From the IMG/VR virus record IMGVR_UViG_3300029908_000004, positions 151,292 through 215,291 of that record: a stretch of DNA of 64,000 bases. One strand, 5' to 3'. This document shows, in pieces, positions 44,985-54,963 of the stretch. The translations under genes were made by a program, and so were the position numbers. The notes beneath the pieces were generated by a model, which had not been told where the DNA came from, ran no database searches, and saw only the letters and a program-made list of their open reading frames with translations. Positions within the stretch are counted from its first letter, which is position 1, and each line of letters opens with the position of its first letter.

Positions 44985-45746
44985 TCAAATGATTCCGAAG
45001 AATTGGTTTTTTTCACGTAGTACCTCCAAACAAGGTTTAGTTGAGCAATGTTCACAATGTGAGCCCGGGATAGCATAAAAAGGTTTAACCTTTATTACAT
45101 TAACTATAGATCTTAACATGTTTGTTGCCAAACGTTCTTCTACATACTTGTTAATCCAAGGTGTCCCATGTATCAAAGGAAGATGATAAATACCCACTTC
45201 CTTATATTCATGATAAGTATTCTTAACGTGGATATACCTAGCTAAAGAACTTGCTTGAGGTAGTGTGCTCTCCGGTTTTGAATGATGGTTACGCTCAACT
45301 GCTTCGTACACCAATATCATAACAATGCTATTCTTACCACGTTTACGAACAAGACTGTATCTTCCCTGAATAGTATACCCTTCTAAAGGCAACTCATAAG
45401 GTTGTTCTGGCATTAAGATATAGCACAGCTTAAGAAAATCATATATTTTCTTAGATGTTTTAATAGCCTGTCTAGGACCTTTCCAATAAGGCCCGCTTAA
45501 TGGTATATCATCTTTACTTACTATCTGATGAGTTTTAAACCATAGAGCGTCCCAAAATAACATATACTTATCACGTATCTCCTTTAGGGAAAGGTTATAA
45601 CAATCAAAGGTCTTACGTATGGCCCAGCGTAACGTATCACACGCACACTCATAAGCCCACATATTATTATCAATACCGGGTACCATCATAGGACATAACA
45701 GTACCCGGTCTAATTCAATTTCATTAACTACAGGATTCAGACTCAT
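44985..45746 (-). CDS. Cas4/AddB-like PD-(D/E)XK-fold protein, probably catalytically inactive
   Basis: N-terminal LLCP and C-terminal PGSHCEHCSTKPC Cys ligands. EQPY..IQGRYSLV..ILVYE replaces the usual GRIDL..DYK. Confidence 0.6.
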   Translation of the reverse strand: MSLNPVVNEIELDRVLLCPMMVPGIDNNMWAYECACDTLRWAIRKTFDCYNLSLKEIRDKYMLFWDALWFKTHQIVSKDDIPLSGPYWKGPRQAIKTSKKIYDFLKLCYILMPEQPYELPLEGYTIQGRYSLVRKRGKNSIVMILVYEAVERNHHSKPESTLPQASSLARYIHVKNTYHEYKEVGIYHLPLIHGTPWINKYVEERLATNMLRSIVNVIKVKPFYAIPGSHCEHCSTKPCLEVLREKNQFFGII

Positions 45747-46233
45747 GATCAGCTTGTGTTACTAAACACCCAGCCCCTTCAGGTAGTAACACATGTTTAA
45801 CTAAGTGCACCCCTTCATCTAGAGTTGTTACCATCCAACCTACTGACTCTGTAATCATCGGATGATTATGTATATTAGAAGGTTCCATTACTAATACCAC
45901 TGGTATCCGAGCCTGATAAGCCCAAGCTAACTCCATACAAGTTCCTATAGATACCCTCTTTGCACCTAGTAAATTTACTAGTACCATATCTGCCCTAACA
46001 CAGTCGAAATAGTCCCTAGTCATAATTGCTCTACTAGCAGTCAATAAGCCAGCTTCTTTGGTAGTAGACCCCAATACCCCTGTGTAGCTACGATATTCTT
46101 GATCTCGTAATGGAGAAGCACATCGAATATTAAAAGGGGACAGCTGGCTAGCTACATAAGTCCTCCAGCCAGTTGCCTCTGAAAATGTTAGACCATTAAT
46201 TGGGCTTGAAGTATACACAATAAAATCCCGCAC
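45724..46233 (-). CDS. Nucleoside 2-deoxyribosyltransferase/nucleotide N-hydrolase-like protein
   Basis: VYTSSPI, W R, SPLR, RDYFDCVRADMVLVNL, SIGTCMELAWAY..RIPVV. Confidence 0.85.
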   Translation of the reverse strand: MRDFIVYTSSPINGLTFSEATGWRTYVASQLSPFNIRCASPLRDQEYRSYTGVLGSTTKEAGLLTASRAIMTRDYFDCVRADMVLVNLLGAKRVSIGTCMELAWAYQARIPVVLVMEPSNIHNHPMITESVGWMVTTLDEGVHLVKHVLLPEGAGCLVTQADHESESCS

Positions 46234-48887
46234 TACATTCTCCTATTTGTCGCATACGATGAAGACATCTCAGAGCCATTGTATTCTGCTGCTCTGCTTC
46301 TGAATAAGGATTGTTCTTCATCTGATACTTCTTCCATCCTACCAGTTTCTGGCCACAGTTTATAATAAATAGTTCCATCAAAACTAGATAACTTAGATTT
46401 ATCTATAACTATTTCAATTATTGGTTTTCTCTTTGGGACATGATTACATATCCCACCATTACCAATTACAGTATCTAAATCTTTGTCATCTGTCCAGAAT
46501 ATAGTAGCTTTACTCTCCAAATCCTTAAGGTCATTGTAGACTCCAAGATTCGCATTTGCGTCATAGGCTACACCTGATGTGCCTTTAATTCTAGACACTC
46601 TAGGTCTAACGCCCGGTCTCAATGATTCCTTAGGTAGTTCACAGGAGAATATACAAGTACAACGTTGTTGATTGGCTAATCTTTTGATAAACATAGACAT
46701 TTCACGCGTCTTGCCCTCCCCTATATCATATCCGGGGAGATCAAACAGGTGGAAGTTATCACCTATGACTATCAATGGTTTATCAGGAAACTTCTGTCTC
46801 AGATTTTTAACCCAAGTTTCTAACGCTGGTAGAGACCCGGGCAGCCCAACCACGTCTGCTAATACTAGACGTTCTGATTCAATCTGTTTCCTTATCCATT
46901 GATTTGCTATGCCATGGAGCTCTTCGAATGTCATAGTAATATCATGTTGTTGTAACCACTCTTGAGTTTGCTTTATACCAACAGGGTCATTCATATAATA
47001 ACCTGAACGTTTGAACCACACGCTAGGTAGGTTATATCTACCACCCAACATCCTTGGCACAAAAGCACTCAATGCATCATCAACTGTATGGAAGAGTACA
47101 ATAACATTTGGATTATTATCCAACAACCTCCAAGTTAAATTCTGAAGAAATGTCGTCTTGGCCTGATTTGGCTTTCCTGGCACAGAGAGGAAACTTTCTG
47201 CTTTTGGCATGCCACCCAAGGCTTCATCCAAATGTTTGAACCCAGTTATGAGTTCAATTCCACTAATATTAGCTTCAGATTGTTCAAATACATACTCAAC
47301 CGACTTCATTACATTAGAAGGATCATATCCTAATCTTCTACGCTCAATCAGTTCTACTTGAATTTGAGCAGAAGATAGGATACTTTGTATGTCTTTGGAA
47401 TTCCTAGCCAATTCACTAGAGGTCCGCTTGGCAATTAGAACCTTCTCTTCTTCCAAGCGCATAGCGTCGTCATCTACCCTACGCATTACTTCACGCCACA
47501 CACCTTGCTTGTCTAGACCAGTCTGACTGGCTAACTGCTCGGACATGCGCATACGTTGTAGATAATTCTGCTCGTTAACTATCATTGGAATTATACGTTC
47601 CGACAATGTTAACGGGTCTTCGCCATCTTTAATAGCCTTCCTAAGTCGCCAAGAGAACATATCTAAGTGCTCAAGATTACGGAGGGCCGCTCCGCCGTTC
47701 GCTAGCCCATGCATGCGAATGAACGCGTCCGGGTCATCGGTTCCCTCTGGCATAGATATAATCTCCACGCGCAGTCCGATATGCCCAGCCATTGTCTCTT
47801 CAAGCATAGCTACGAATCGTCTTGTTCCTTCTTCACCAGCATCATCCGCGTCTAACACGAAGATGATATGCTTTATGGACTCCCCGTTTTTATCACCAAC
47901 ATTAAGTACTAAGTTCAAATGTTCCTTAGTGAAACTAATTGAACCTATAGCACACACATTGTGGATACCTGCGGCGTCCATTGTTACTGCATCGGAATAA
48001 CCCTCTACTACATAAAGTGGTGGGGTCCGCTTACGAGCACGATCGAAGTTATATAATCTTTTTGATTTCTGATAGATGTGATTCTTCATACCAGTCTCAG
48101 CAGTATTAATATACTTTGTTGGGTGCCAGAGTTCCTTCAACTGTGGAGCATCCTCTCCATTCAGATTGATGATGTCTTGCTTCTGCTTATCGTAGTTTGC
48201 TTTCTCTTCCTCATACTTGAGGTTACGGGCAGCAAATCCTACTGGTGCGCCATGCTCATCCTTGATCGTGAAAATCAAGTTATCGGGGTTAAACAATGCT
48301 TTACGGGTGAGGTCTACCTCTCTTAGGAAGTCTAACTTATGGCCAAACCCACCTTCAGATGTGGGTTTAGTCATACGAGACATGTAGTCTTCATAGCTAG
48401 TTACAGACCCAGTACCAGTTTTTAACATTACATCCGCTGACCACCCTAATGTAGCTACCTTAGTTTTAACCCTATCAGATAGTGTACATGACCGCACGTA
48501 CATAGCAGCATGACTATATGCGGAATAGATTTCCATTTCATATATTTCTTCTGGTGTTGGGTTAAACTCAGGTACCTCTACCCCAAATCGAGTAGCTAGA
48601 TAAATTAAGTTATCATGTAAAAATCCTACTCCAGACAGAGGCTTCCCTTCAAGGAAAGCAGCCGCATGGAAGATATTTCCCACGGAACGACAGGCAAAAC
48701 AATGGAATACCTTGTTGTCTGATTCTGGTACTATTCCACAGGAAGGATTGTTATCACTGTGGCTTGGATTAATACACTTAAAGAGACCTCTCCCATTAAC
48801 ATGTACACCCATCTGAATGAGGTACTGAGGTAGATACTCTTTAACTCTTTCCTTAACCTGATCTAGGTTATGTCTTACATTACTCAT
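46233..48887 (-). CDS. DnaG-type primase / DnaB-type helicase fusion
   Basis: CHC2 Zn finger C..P.H.D.NPSC...FHCFAC, GFAAR, KYINT.E, TOPRIM VVEGYSD and DADDAG, DPD. Helicase TGFKHLD..LGG, GKPNQAKT, IGDNFH, IKGTSGVAYDAN. Confidence 0.92.
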   Translation of the reverse strand: MSNVRHNLDQVKERVKEYLPQYLIQMGVHVNGRGLFKCINPSHSDNNPSCGIVPESDNKVFHCFACRSVGNIFHAAAFLEGKPLSGVGFLHDNLIYLATRFGVEVPEFNPTPEEIYEMEIYSAYSHAAMYVRSCTLSDRVKTKVATLGWSADVMLKTGTGSVTSYEDYMSRMTKPTSEGGFGHKLDFLREVDLTRKALFNPDNLIFTIKDEHGAPVGFAARNLKYEEEKANYDKQKQDIINLNGEDAPQLKELWHPTKYINTAETGMKNHIYQKSKRLYNFDRARKRTPPLYVVEGYSDAVTMDAAGIHNVCAIGSISFTKEHLNLVLNVGDKNGESIKHIIFVLDADDAGEEGTRRFVAMLEETMAGHIGLRVEIISMPEGTDDPDAFIRMHGLANGGAALRNLEHLDMFSWRLRKAIKDGEDPLTLSERIIPMIVNEQNYLQRMRMSEQLASQTGLDKQGVWREVMRRVDDDAMRLEEEKVLIAKRTSSELARNSKDIQSILSSAQIQVELIERRRLGYDPSNVMKSVEYVFEQSEANISGIELITGFKHLDEALGGMPKAESFLSVPGKPNQAKTTFLQNLTWRLLDNNPNVIVLFHTVDDALSAFVPRMLGGRYNLPSVWFKRSGYYMNDPVGIKQTQEWLQQHDITMTFEELHGIANQWIRKQIESERLVLADVVGLPGSLPALETWVKNLRQKFPDKPLIVIGDNFHLFDLPGYDIGEGKTREMSMFIKRLANQQRCTCIFSCELPKESLRPGVRPRVSRIKGTSGVAYDANANLGVYNDLKDLESKATIFWTDDKDLDTVIGNGGICNHVPKRKPIIEIVIDKSKLSSFDGTIYYKLWPETGRMEEVSDEEQSLFRSRAAEYNGSEMSSSYATNRRM

Positions 48888-49443
48888 TATTCCCCTTGGG
48901 ATTCAGACACTTTATTAACCTAGCAAAATCAGATTCGGCTAATACAACAGTTCCTACATTAAATTTGTTTCTTATCACTAACGCTCCAAATAAAGTACTA
49001 GCTCGTTTGGAATCTTCTCCTACTTTAGCTAGTTCTGATAACCATATCACAGGATTCTCTCGTCCTGATTGGTGTTTAGTATCTAAAGTAATACAGCCTT
49101 GTGCTACATGATCTCCGTCTTTATTTACTCTACCAGAGTTACGTGTGCTGCGGATGATATTCTTTTCAGTTGTTTTTTCAGCAAGAGCAGCTTGGGCAGC
49201 CACCCTTTTGCGTATTGGGTCCGAGTTTTGCTTATCTCGTACCTTCTTCCAGTGGTCATCTCGTTTCTTCTGTAATCTTTCTTTCTCTAACACTGGATGC
49301 TTACGATTATTAGTCTTACGCGCTTGAGTAGTGGGCTCCCAACAATTAACAGTTAAATCTGATCCTTCTGGAGACAATTTACAAATAGAACACAACTGAT
49401 TGTCTCCAGCATTGGAGGGGGAATTAACACAATATTCTGCCAT
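48880..49443 (-). CDS. Resolvase-like PD-(D/E)XK nuclease with N-terminal Cys cluster
   Basis: TRNSGRVNKDGDHV...LDTK. N-terminal C...CSIC...C. Start taken as ATG 49443 just after the recA stop. Confidence 0.6.
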   Translation of the reverse strand: MAEYCVNSPSNAGDNQLCSICKLSPEGSDLTVNCWEPTTQARKTNNRKHPVLEKERLQKKRDDHWKKVRDKQNSDPIRKRVAAQAALAEKTTEKNIIRSTRNSGRVNKDGDHVAQGCITLDTKHQSGRENPVIWLSELAKVGEDSKRASTLFGALVIRNKFNVGTVVLAESDFARLIKCLNPKGNNE

Positions 49444-49444
49444 G

Positions 49445-50548
49445 TTACACGGCATTTTCTACAGGTACCTCGTTAACAATTTCTTCTTGGTCGTTTTCAA
49501 CTACTTCCTTAGGAGCCATAGCTGTTTTAATGGTTTCTAGGAAGTCTGGGTCTTCACACATAAGTTTGTAAAATTCAAGATCCCCTTGCAATTTTACATT
49601 TCCGAAGGAGAGCCAAGAACCACTCTTCTCTATGATTTTAGATTGCTTAGCGGTCTCAAATACATCCCAAATAGGACAGAATCCACGACCATTTATATAA
49701 GAAAGTAGTACATGCTTATAAGGAGCAGAGATCTTATTCTTTGCTGTGTATACGTCTATCTTTACACCGATGATCTCATCGTTCTTACCTTTTATCTTTT
49801 CGACCAATCGTAACTCTAACCTTATAGTAGCAAAGAATGGCATAGCGTTACCACCAGAGGTCTTATACCGTACTCCCTGAGGACTATACCCACCTATCTG
49901 TGGCAATGCTTGATTAATCCATAGGGCAGTAGCCCTTACATGAGTAAACTTACGAACGTGATCATACATAAGTTTACCTATACCACCCGGTTGTGCTGGG
50001 TCTGACGGGTCTCGTTCTAAATCTACTCTCTTTGCTAAAGCAGCCATTGAATCCACAATTACCAAATCACAAATTCTGGAGACAAGACCTACATAATTAA
50101 CTATCTTTTCTCCATTCATTGTTTCACCAGTTTCTGGGTCGTACCCCTTAGCTAGGTATACAGGATGTATACCTGACTCAAGAGTAGGATTCATAATATA
50201 ACCTAGCTCCTCTAAATATTCCTCTGTAATAGTGTCTTCTATATCTACAATAGTAACTAGTTTACCTAGTTTCTGCCACATAACTCCTATCTGTAGGGCT
50301 ATTGAAGTCTTACCTACTTCTGGGTCTTTAGAATAAATTTCTACACGTCTACTTAGTGGACACCCAGGCTTTGCACTATGTAGATTTTTATCTAGACGTG
50401 GGAGACCTGTTGTCAAGGTTTCCACAGTCATATCTACGCGGTCACATATCTTACGGAAGAACCCAGCTAAACCATTCTCAGCCAGTTCCTTTTCAAAATG
50501 GGAGTCTAGTTCAGGGTTTTCAATCTTCTTTTTACTTGTCTTTGACAT
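49445..50548 (-). CDS. recA: RecA/UvsX recombinase
   Basis: TTG...LD, RRVEIYS..EVGKTS, VDIE, IVDSMAAL, INQ, TSGGNAMPFFATIRLEL, KNKISAPYK, IIEKSGSWLSF. Confidence 0.95.
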   Translation of the reverse strand: MSKTSKKKIENPELDSHFEKELAENGLAGFFRKICDRVDMTVETLTTGLPRLDKNLHSAKPGCPLSRRVEIYSKDPEVGKTSIALQIGVMWQKLGKLVTIVDIEDTITEEYLEELGYIMNPTLESGIHPVYLAKGYDPETGETMNGEKIVNYVGLVSRICDLVIVDSMAALAKRVDLERDPSDPAQPGGIGKLMYDHVRKFTHVRATALWINQALPQIGGYSPQGVRYKTSGGNAMPFFATIRLELRLVEKIKGKNDEIIGVKIDVYTAKNKISAPYKHVLLSYINGRGFCPIWDVFETAKQSKIIEKSGSWLSFGNVKLQGDLEFYKLMCEDPDFLETIKTAMAPKEVVENDQEEIVNEVPVENAV

Positions 50549-50554
50549 TATATC

Positions 50555-50998
50555 CTAATTAAACTTTGTGCGACCGTTGAAACCATCGCCTTCAATACCT
50601 AATATCTTCTTACATAGATTCACACGGGAGTCTAATGATCTGATTAGCTCTTCCAAATATAACTTGATAGGAATGAAACCACTAGTCATCTTTCTCATGT
50701 ATGCTTCTTTATCAGCAGCCCCTACACCCTTACTTGAGGGCAATAGGAAGTCTGACGACTTCCCATGCTCAACAAATGCAGAGGATAATGACAAATACTG
50801 AGATACTCTATCTCTCCAAGATTCTACATAAGTCATATGTAGTTCGAGCTGTGGAACATCTTGGGTAAGAACCTGCATTTTCAGTTTATCTTGTAAAGGC
50901 TTTAACGTTGCCTTATATTCTGTCTCGAATTCTCCAAGAGCTTTGAACAAATCCTCTTCTTTGTTAATCTTTAATACATCTAAAATCGAATACAACAT
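50555..50998 (-). CDS. Helical hypothetical protein (possible UvsY-like mediator by position)
   Basis: 147 aa, predicted all-helical, adjacent to recA. Confidence 0.55.
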   Translation of the reverse strand: MLYSILDVLKINKEEDLFKALGEFETEYKATLKPLQDKLKMQVLTQDVPQLELHMTYVESWRDRVSQYLSLSSAFVEHGKSSDFLLPSSKGVGAADKEAYMRKMTSGFIPIKLYLEELIRSLDSRVNLCKKILGIEGDGFNGRTKFN

Positions 50999-51005
50999 TA
51001 TATTC

Positions 51006-51356
51006 TTATTCCGTTTCTATATCCATCTGAGAAATATCGTAAAGCTGGTATCCCCAATTAGGGTTCTGTTTTGGTACACAGATAGACTTATAAGCACAAT
51101 ATAAACATTGCCAATCACCTATTCTATCTTTACCTAGTTTCTTCTTCTTCCAGTCTTGATATCTAGTCTTCCCTATTTCTCCACTGGCAGCTAAAGTCTC
51201 TACCTTAGTAGGAGAATAAGCCCATTCATACTCAGCCGGTGGAAGGAAACTGTCTGGTAGCAAACGAACTTCTGCTGCTAGCAGTTCTAAATAAGCAGCA
51301 TTCGCTGCTTTCTCTGTGTCATTTAGTTCCAAAGGTATGTTATTTTGATTATCCAT
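51006..51356 (-). CDS. C-terminal part of Cas4-like exonuclease
   Basis: WQCLYCAYKSIC provides three Fe-S ligands. Separated from the N-terminal part by a one-base frameshift. Confidence 0.7.
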   Translation of the reverse strand: MDNQNNIPLELNDTEKAANAAYLELLAAEVRLLPDSFLPPAEYEWAYSPTKVETLAASGEIGKTRYQDWKKKKLGKDRIGDWQCLYCAYKSICVPKQNPNWGYQLYDISQMDIETE

Positions 51357-51370
51357 AGATACAATTTTCT

Positions 51371-52261
51371 CTATTGTTGATCTCCTCTACCTCTAACTAG
51401 GTTCAAACTAGGAGGCGGTAGGATACCTTTTTCTGCTAGACGTCGCTCTGCTTCTTCTCTAGCCCTAAACCAGTAGTTCTGGAGAGTTCTATACCGTTCA
51501 TAAATATTTTCAACTGTGAATATCTTCCACATCTGTCCATCTATTACTGGGTAATGAGCACCATCAAAGTCTTCAGCGATACTGATAGTAAACTCAGTTC
51601 GGGCGCAATCATCTCTAGATATATAAATTAGTTTAGCACCTATCTCGCCGTCATTCATCTGTTCAACTATGTCTAAATTAGCTTCTATACGATTTCTAGA
51701 TCTTGCGCTTGAAGCTCTATCCTCTAAGCCCTCTTTAATAAGTGCTTTTAATCGTGCGCCGTTCTTGACTTCGTTTAGATACATGACAAGCTGCATTACA
51801 TTCTCTATCTTAGGCTTGCCATTCTTTATATCCTTACCAGCCATCCAGCCATAGTACGTTTTACATTCACAAATCCAACCTGTCTTAGTGATTGGGTCTA
51901 CAACTACCAAGTCTAATTCTAATGGCATATAGAACTCTTCTACGAAGGTTCTTACCCCGTTAGCAGCGAATATTGTAGGTGAAGTGGCTCTAGACAGGTC
52001 TACTAACGTACCTTCTATAAGACGTCCAGTAACCCAACGCCATGCACCAATAGGATCAACTTGGTTTGTAATTGGGGCACCTGTCATACGTAAGTAAGCT
52101 TTACGTCTACAGGTACCATAAATATTTGATACAGTTTTATCGATACGGTCTGCTGAGGCTTCGGAAGGCCAGATAGCAGGGGTATTAGAACTCCTTGCAT
52201 CGTGGGATTCTTGAACTACTAGAGCTGTATCGATGTATGGAAACAAACGAAATTCTGCCAT
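51371..52261 (-). CDS. N-terminal part of Cas4-like PD-(D/E)XK exonuclease
   Basis: WPSEAS...TCRRKAY, G..IE, ELDLVV, ICECKT, Q...Y motif (MQLVMY), LIYISRD. Confidence 0.8.
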   Translation of the reverse strand: MAEFRLFPYIDTALVVQESHDARSSNTPAIWPSEASADRIDKTVSNIYGTCRRKAYLRMTGAPITNQVDPIGAWRWVTGRLIEGTLVDLSRATSPTIFAANGVRTFVEEFYMPLELDLVVVDPITKTGWICECKTYYGWMAGKDIKNGKPKIENVMQLVMYLNEVKNGARLKALIKEGLEDRASSARSRNRIEANLDIVEQMNDGEIGAKLIYISRDDCARTEFTISIAEDFDGAHYPVIDGQMWKIFTVENIYERYRTLQNYWFRAREEAERRLAEKGILPPPSLNLVRGRGDQQ

Positions 52262-52295
52262 TATTTAGTTGGGCTTCTTTCAATGAGATATATTA

Positions 52296-52304
52296 ATTAT
52301 ACCA
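52296..52304 (-). promoter_or_regulatory. Extended -10 promoter for the nuclease-recA-primase operon
   Basis: Minus strand TGgTATAAT in the intergenic gap. Perfect palindrome ATCCTAGGAT at 52308-52317. Confidence 0.55.
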
Positions 52305-52325
52305 GATATCCTAGGATTCTAGATA

Positions 52326-52898
52326 TTAAATTTGATATTTGGTTATGTCTCTGGAAGCAAAGAAGTTAATCCAATAATCAACAGCTTTATTAGTATCCGG
52401 AGAGGTAATAATGGTTTGTATGTCTTGTCTACACACAAGTCTACAAGTCTCCCTCAGATTGAACAATTTGTTTTCCAAGTCACGACTGTAAGGTAACACA
52501 GCAATATCTTTTGTATGATACGGTGGATCTTCTGATATCGGCATCTCATGGAAAGGTATCATATAATTAGCACGGGCCATCTCATTATCTGGTGTATATT
52601 GACAACGATACCATTGATTATTAAATCTAGTTATGTGTGAAAAATTGGTATCTATTGCACAAGACCTATCGTGATATGGTTCTGTTTTGGATAATATTAA
52701 TACATCAACCCATTGTAGTACATTAGGCCATTTTGCTAATTCTGTGCTAAGCGCCTTTTTAATTCCTGCCAAGGAAGTAGCTTCATAACGATGATTTCCT
52801 ATTGTTGCATAAAACATACACTTTTTGTCCAAATATATGTTTATCGTAGCATTTAATGCTTGCGAAGTATAATTTGATACTAATGTTTCTTCTGACAT
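52326..52898 (-). CDS. Hypothetical protein
   Basis: 190 aa, AAGGA RBS. Confidence 0.7.
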   Translation of the reverse strand: MSEETLVSNYTSQALNATINIYLDKKCMFYATIGNHRYEATSLAGIKKALSTELAKWPNVLQWVDVLILSKTEPYHDRSCAIDTNFSHITRFNNQWYRCQYTPDNEMARANYMIPFHEMPISEDPPYHTKDIAVLPYSRDLENKLFNLRETCRLVCRQDIQTIITSPDTNKAVDYWINFFASRDITKYQI

Positions 52899-52915
52899 CT
52901 GTTCCTTAAATCAAT

Positions 52916-52941
52916 ATGGCAGTGGAACTAACCACTGCCAT
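52916..52941 (-). terminator. Terminator-like hairpin after the AAA ATPase gene
   Basis: 10-bp perfect stem ATGGCAGTGG/CCACTGCCAT with 6-nt loop. Confidence 0.65.
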
Positions 52942-52947
52942 CTTTAG

Positions 52948-54963
52948 TTAATCATCGTCTCCGAACTCACCACCCTTGCTACGTATCCCAAGTTCTCTAC
53001 GCAAGGCAGCTTTGTCGGCGGCTAGTGCCCTCCATTCAGGTGGGCAATAACCTAGGTGGTCAACGTAGATAAGCGATAGCTTCGTCATACGTTCAACTTC
53101 TTCAGTGTTAGGTAGGATATCGTCCATAGCCTGATTCCAGTCTGCTATTGACATGGAATAGTCTGGTTTACCATCTGACTTTACTCTACCAGCAAACGCT
53201 GCATTGTCTAACGCTTCTTTCAGAACAACTTCAATCTCAGCACCAGTCCAAACACGTTTGCTATCATACAACAGACGACCTAAACCATTATCAGCTGTCT
53301 TCTCTGTAGCTGCTACTTCCTTAGCAAACTTTACACCATGCTTACGAAGTAACGCAGCCAAGATGTCAAGCCTTCCCTTACTATCACCCTTCTGAGGGGG
53401 TAGCGCTGGCACCTTGGCATCAAAACGACCAGACCTAATCAGAGCACCGTCAAGTAAATCTGGACGGTTAGAAGCACCGATTACTACAACCCTACCAGTT
53501 CTAGATTCATCTGACAACCAAGTCATGATAGAGTTAAATACTCTAGCGGAAGTTCCAGAATCTCCAGCAGAGGTCCTACCAGAACTTAGTACTGAATCCA
53601 TTTCATCTAGGAATACAATACAAGGAGCAGCAGAGTCTACAGCTTCCAAGAACTTACGTGTCTTCTGTTCGGTTTCACCTACAATTCCACCGAATAGACG
53701 ATCCAAGTGTCCAATCATAAAGTTCATCTTGGCTTCCTTGGCTAGAGCTTTGGCAATGACAGTTTTACCTGTACCCGGGGGTCCAGTCATCAACATACCA
53801 CGGGTACATAGACGAGCATTACCTTGTTGTAGTGGAATGATAACTTTACGCTGGAAATATCTCTTCAAGTGTTCGTGCCCACCAATTTGTTCAAAGCCAT
53901 ACTCAGGCTCAAAGAACTCAACCAAGCCTTGATATTCATCTTCCAAAGCTCTCTGCTTCTGTTCACGAACCAAACGGAAGTCGATAGCTTCTCCAGTGAG
54001 CCAAGATTTCATGATTACAAATTCCATCTGTCTTCTTGACATACCAGCAGATTGAACAGCAAATTGATGGAGATCAAATCCAGTAGCCAAGTTCACCTTG
54101 GAGACTTCATTACTACCTATAACCATAGGTTTGCCCTTAGCAGCTACACTATTTTCAATGGTTCTGCTGAAGTTGGTTAGCCACTCCTCACGTTCTGTGA
54201 TTGTTGGCTTTCCAATAAGAATAGTGGAGATACCAACACCGCCTCCACGAAGGGACTCGTGGATTTCAGATAAGTGACGTGTCATAATAATGATTCTATT
54301 ACGGTTACCTAACTGTTCATCCCTCGCCCAGTTACGGATATGAACAATCTGTGGGCGATCGGCATATAATTGTGCTATATCCCCCTGAGGAAACAAAGAA
54401 TCACCATCGGTAAACAACACAGTCAACAACAACTCTGGTTGAGTAGCCTGATTATTCATTATCTTCATCTCGTTAGAACGATGAATTTCTTTATTAGCTA
54501 TGAACCAGCGTTGTAAAACTAAACAACAATTTTCTATCTGGGTAGGTTTATCCCAACCAGCCGGCCAGTTCTCTACCGTTTCCCCATAGAAGGACTTCAT
54601 AGTGTCTACCCAAGCAGTGTGACTATTCTTGTTAGCAAACTCTAGTCCAGAGGACAGGTTAAAAGAAGCTAATATCCTAGTGGTATTACGATTTGTTTTT
54701 ACTTCCTGCTCATCTTGTATACCACGACCCACTTTGTCAGACACACTGCCTCTAATTTCACGAGCCACATTATCGTCCATAGCGATCGCTATAGTACGAT
54801 CAATTGGTTGTCTGGCTCCTGTGTTGTCACAATAATCGTTGATGTTACCATGAACGATGAATACGTGGGCAATCTTGGATCTATAATCACTTTTGATCGT
54901 CTTGATGAACTCCGGGATTGGTTGCTGTTCCGGTTGCTGCTTCTTCACTGTCGCAAATGCCAT
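52948..54963 (-). CDS. Classical-clade AAA+ ATPase (Ycf46/Cdc48-like) with degenerate N-terminal ATPase domain
   Basis: FEQIGGHEHLK, GPPGTGKT, pore loop GIVGETE, VFLDEMD, ASNRPDLLDGALIRSGRFD, WTGAEIE. N-terminal HVFIVHGNIND...LFTDGDSLFP degenerate domain. Confidence 0.9.
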   Translation of the reverse strand: MAFATVKKQQPEQQPIPEFIKTIKSDYRSKIAHVFIVHGNINDYCDNTGARQPIDRTIAIAMDDNVAREIRGSVSDKVGRGIQDEQEVKTNRNTTRILASFNLSSGLEFANKNSHTAWVDTMKSFYGETVENWPAGWDKPTQIENCCLVLQRWFIANKEIHRSNEMKIMNNQATQPELLLTVLFTDGDSLFPQGDIAQLYADRPQIVHIRNWARDEQLGNRNRIIIMTRHLSEIHESLRGGGVGISTILIGKPTITEREEWLTNFSRTIENSVAAKGKPMVIGSNEVSKVNLATGFDLHQFAVQSAGMSRRQMEFVIMKSWLTGEAIDFRLVREQKQRALEDEYQGLVEFFEPEYGFEQIGGHEHLKRYFQRKVIIPLQQGNARLCTRGMLMTGPPGTGKTVIAKALAKEAKMNFMIGHLDRLFGGIVGETEQKTRKFLEAVDSAAPCIVFLDEMDSVLSSGRTSAGDSGTSARVFNSIMTWLSDESRTGRVVVIGASNRPDLLDGALIRSGRFDAKVPALPPQKGDSKGRLDILAALLRKHGVKFAKEVAATEKTADNGLGRLLYDSKRVWTGAEIEVVLKEALDNAAFAGRVKSDGKPDYSMSIADWNQAMDDILPNTEEVERMTKLSLIYVDHLGYCPPEWRALAADKAALRRELGIRSKGGEFGDDD

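Noticed and set aside
44985-52261. CRISPR-Cas system suggested by Cas4-like genes
   Set aside because: No array, cas1 or cas2. Solo Cas4-like nucleases are common in phage recombination modules.
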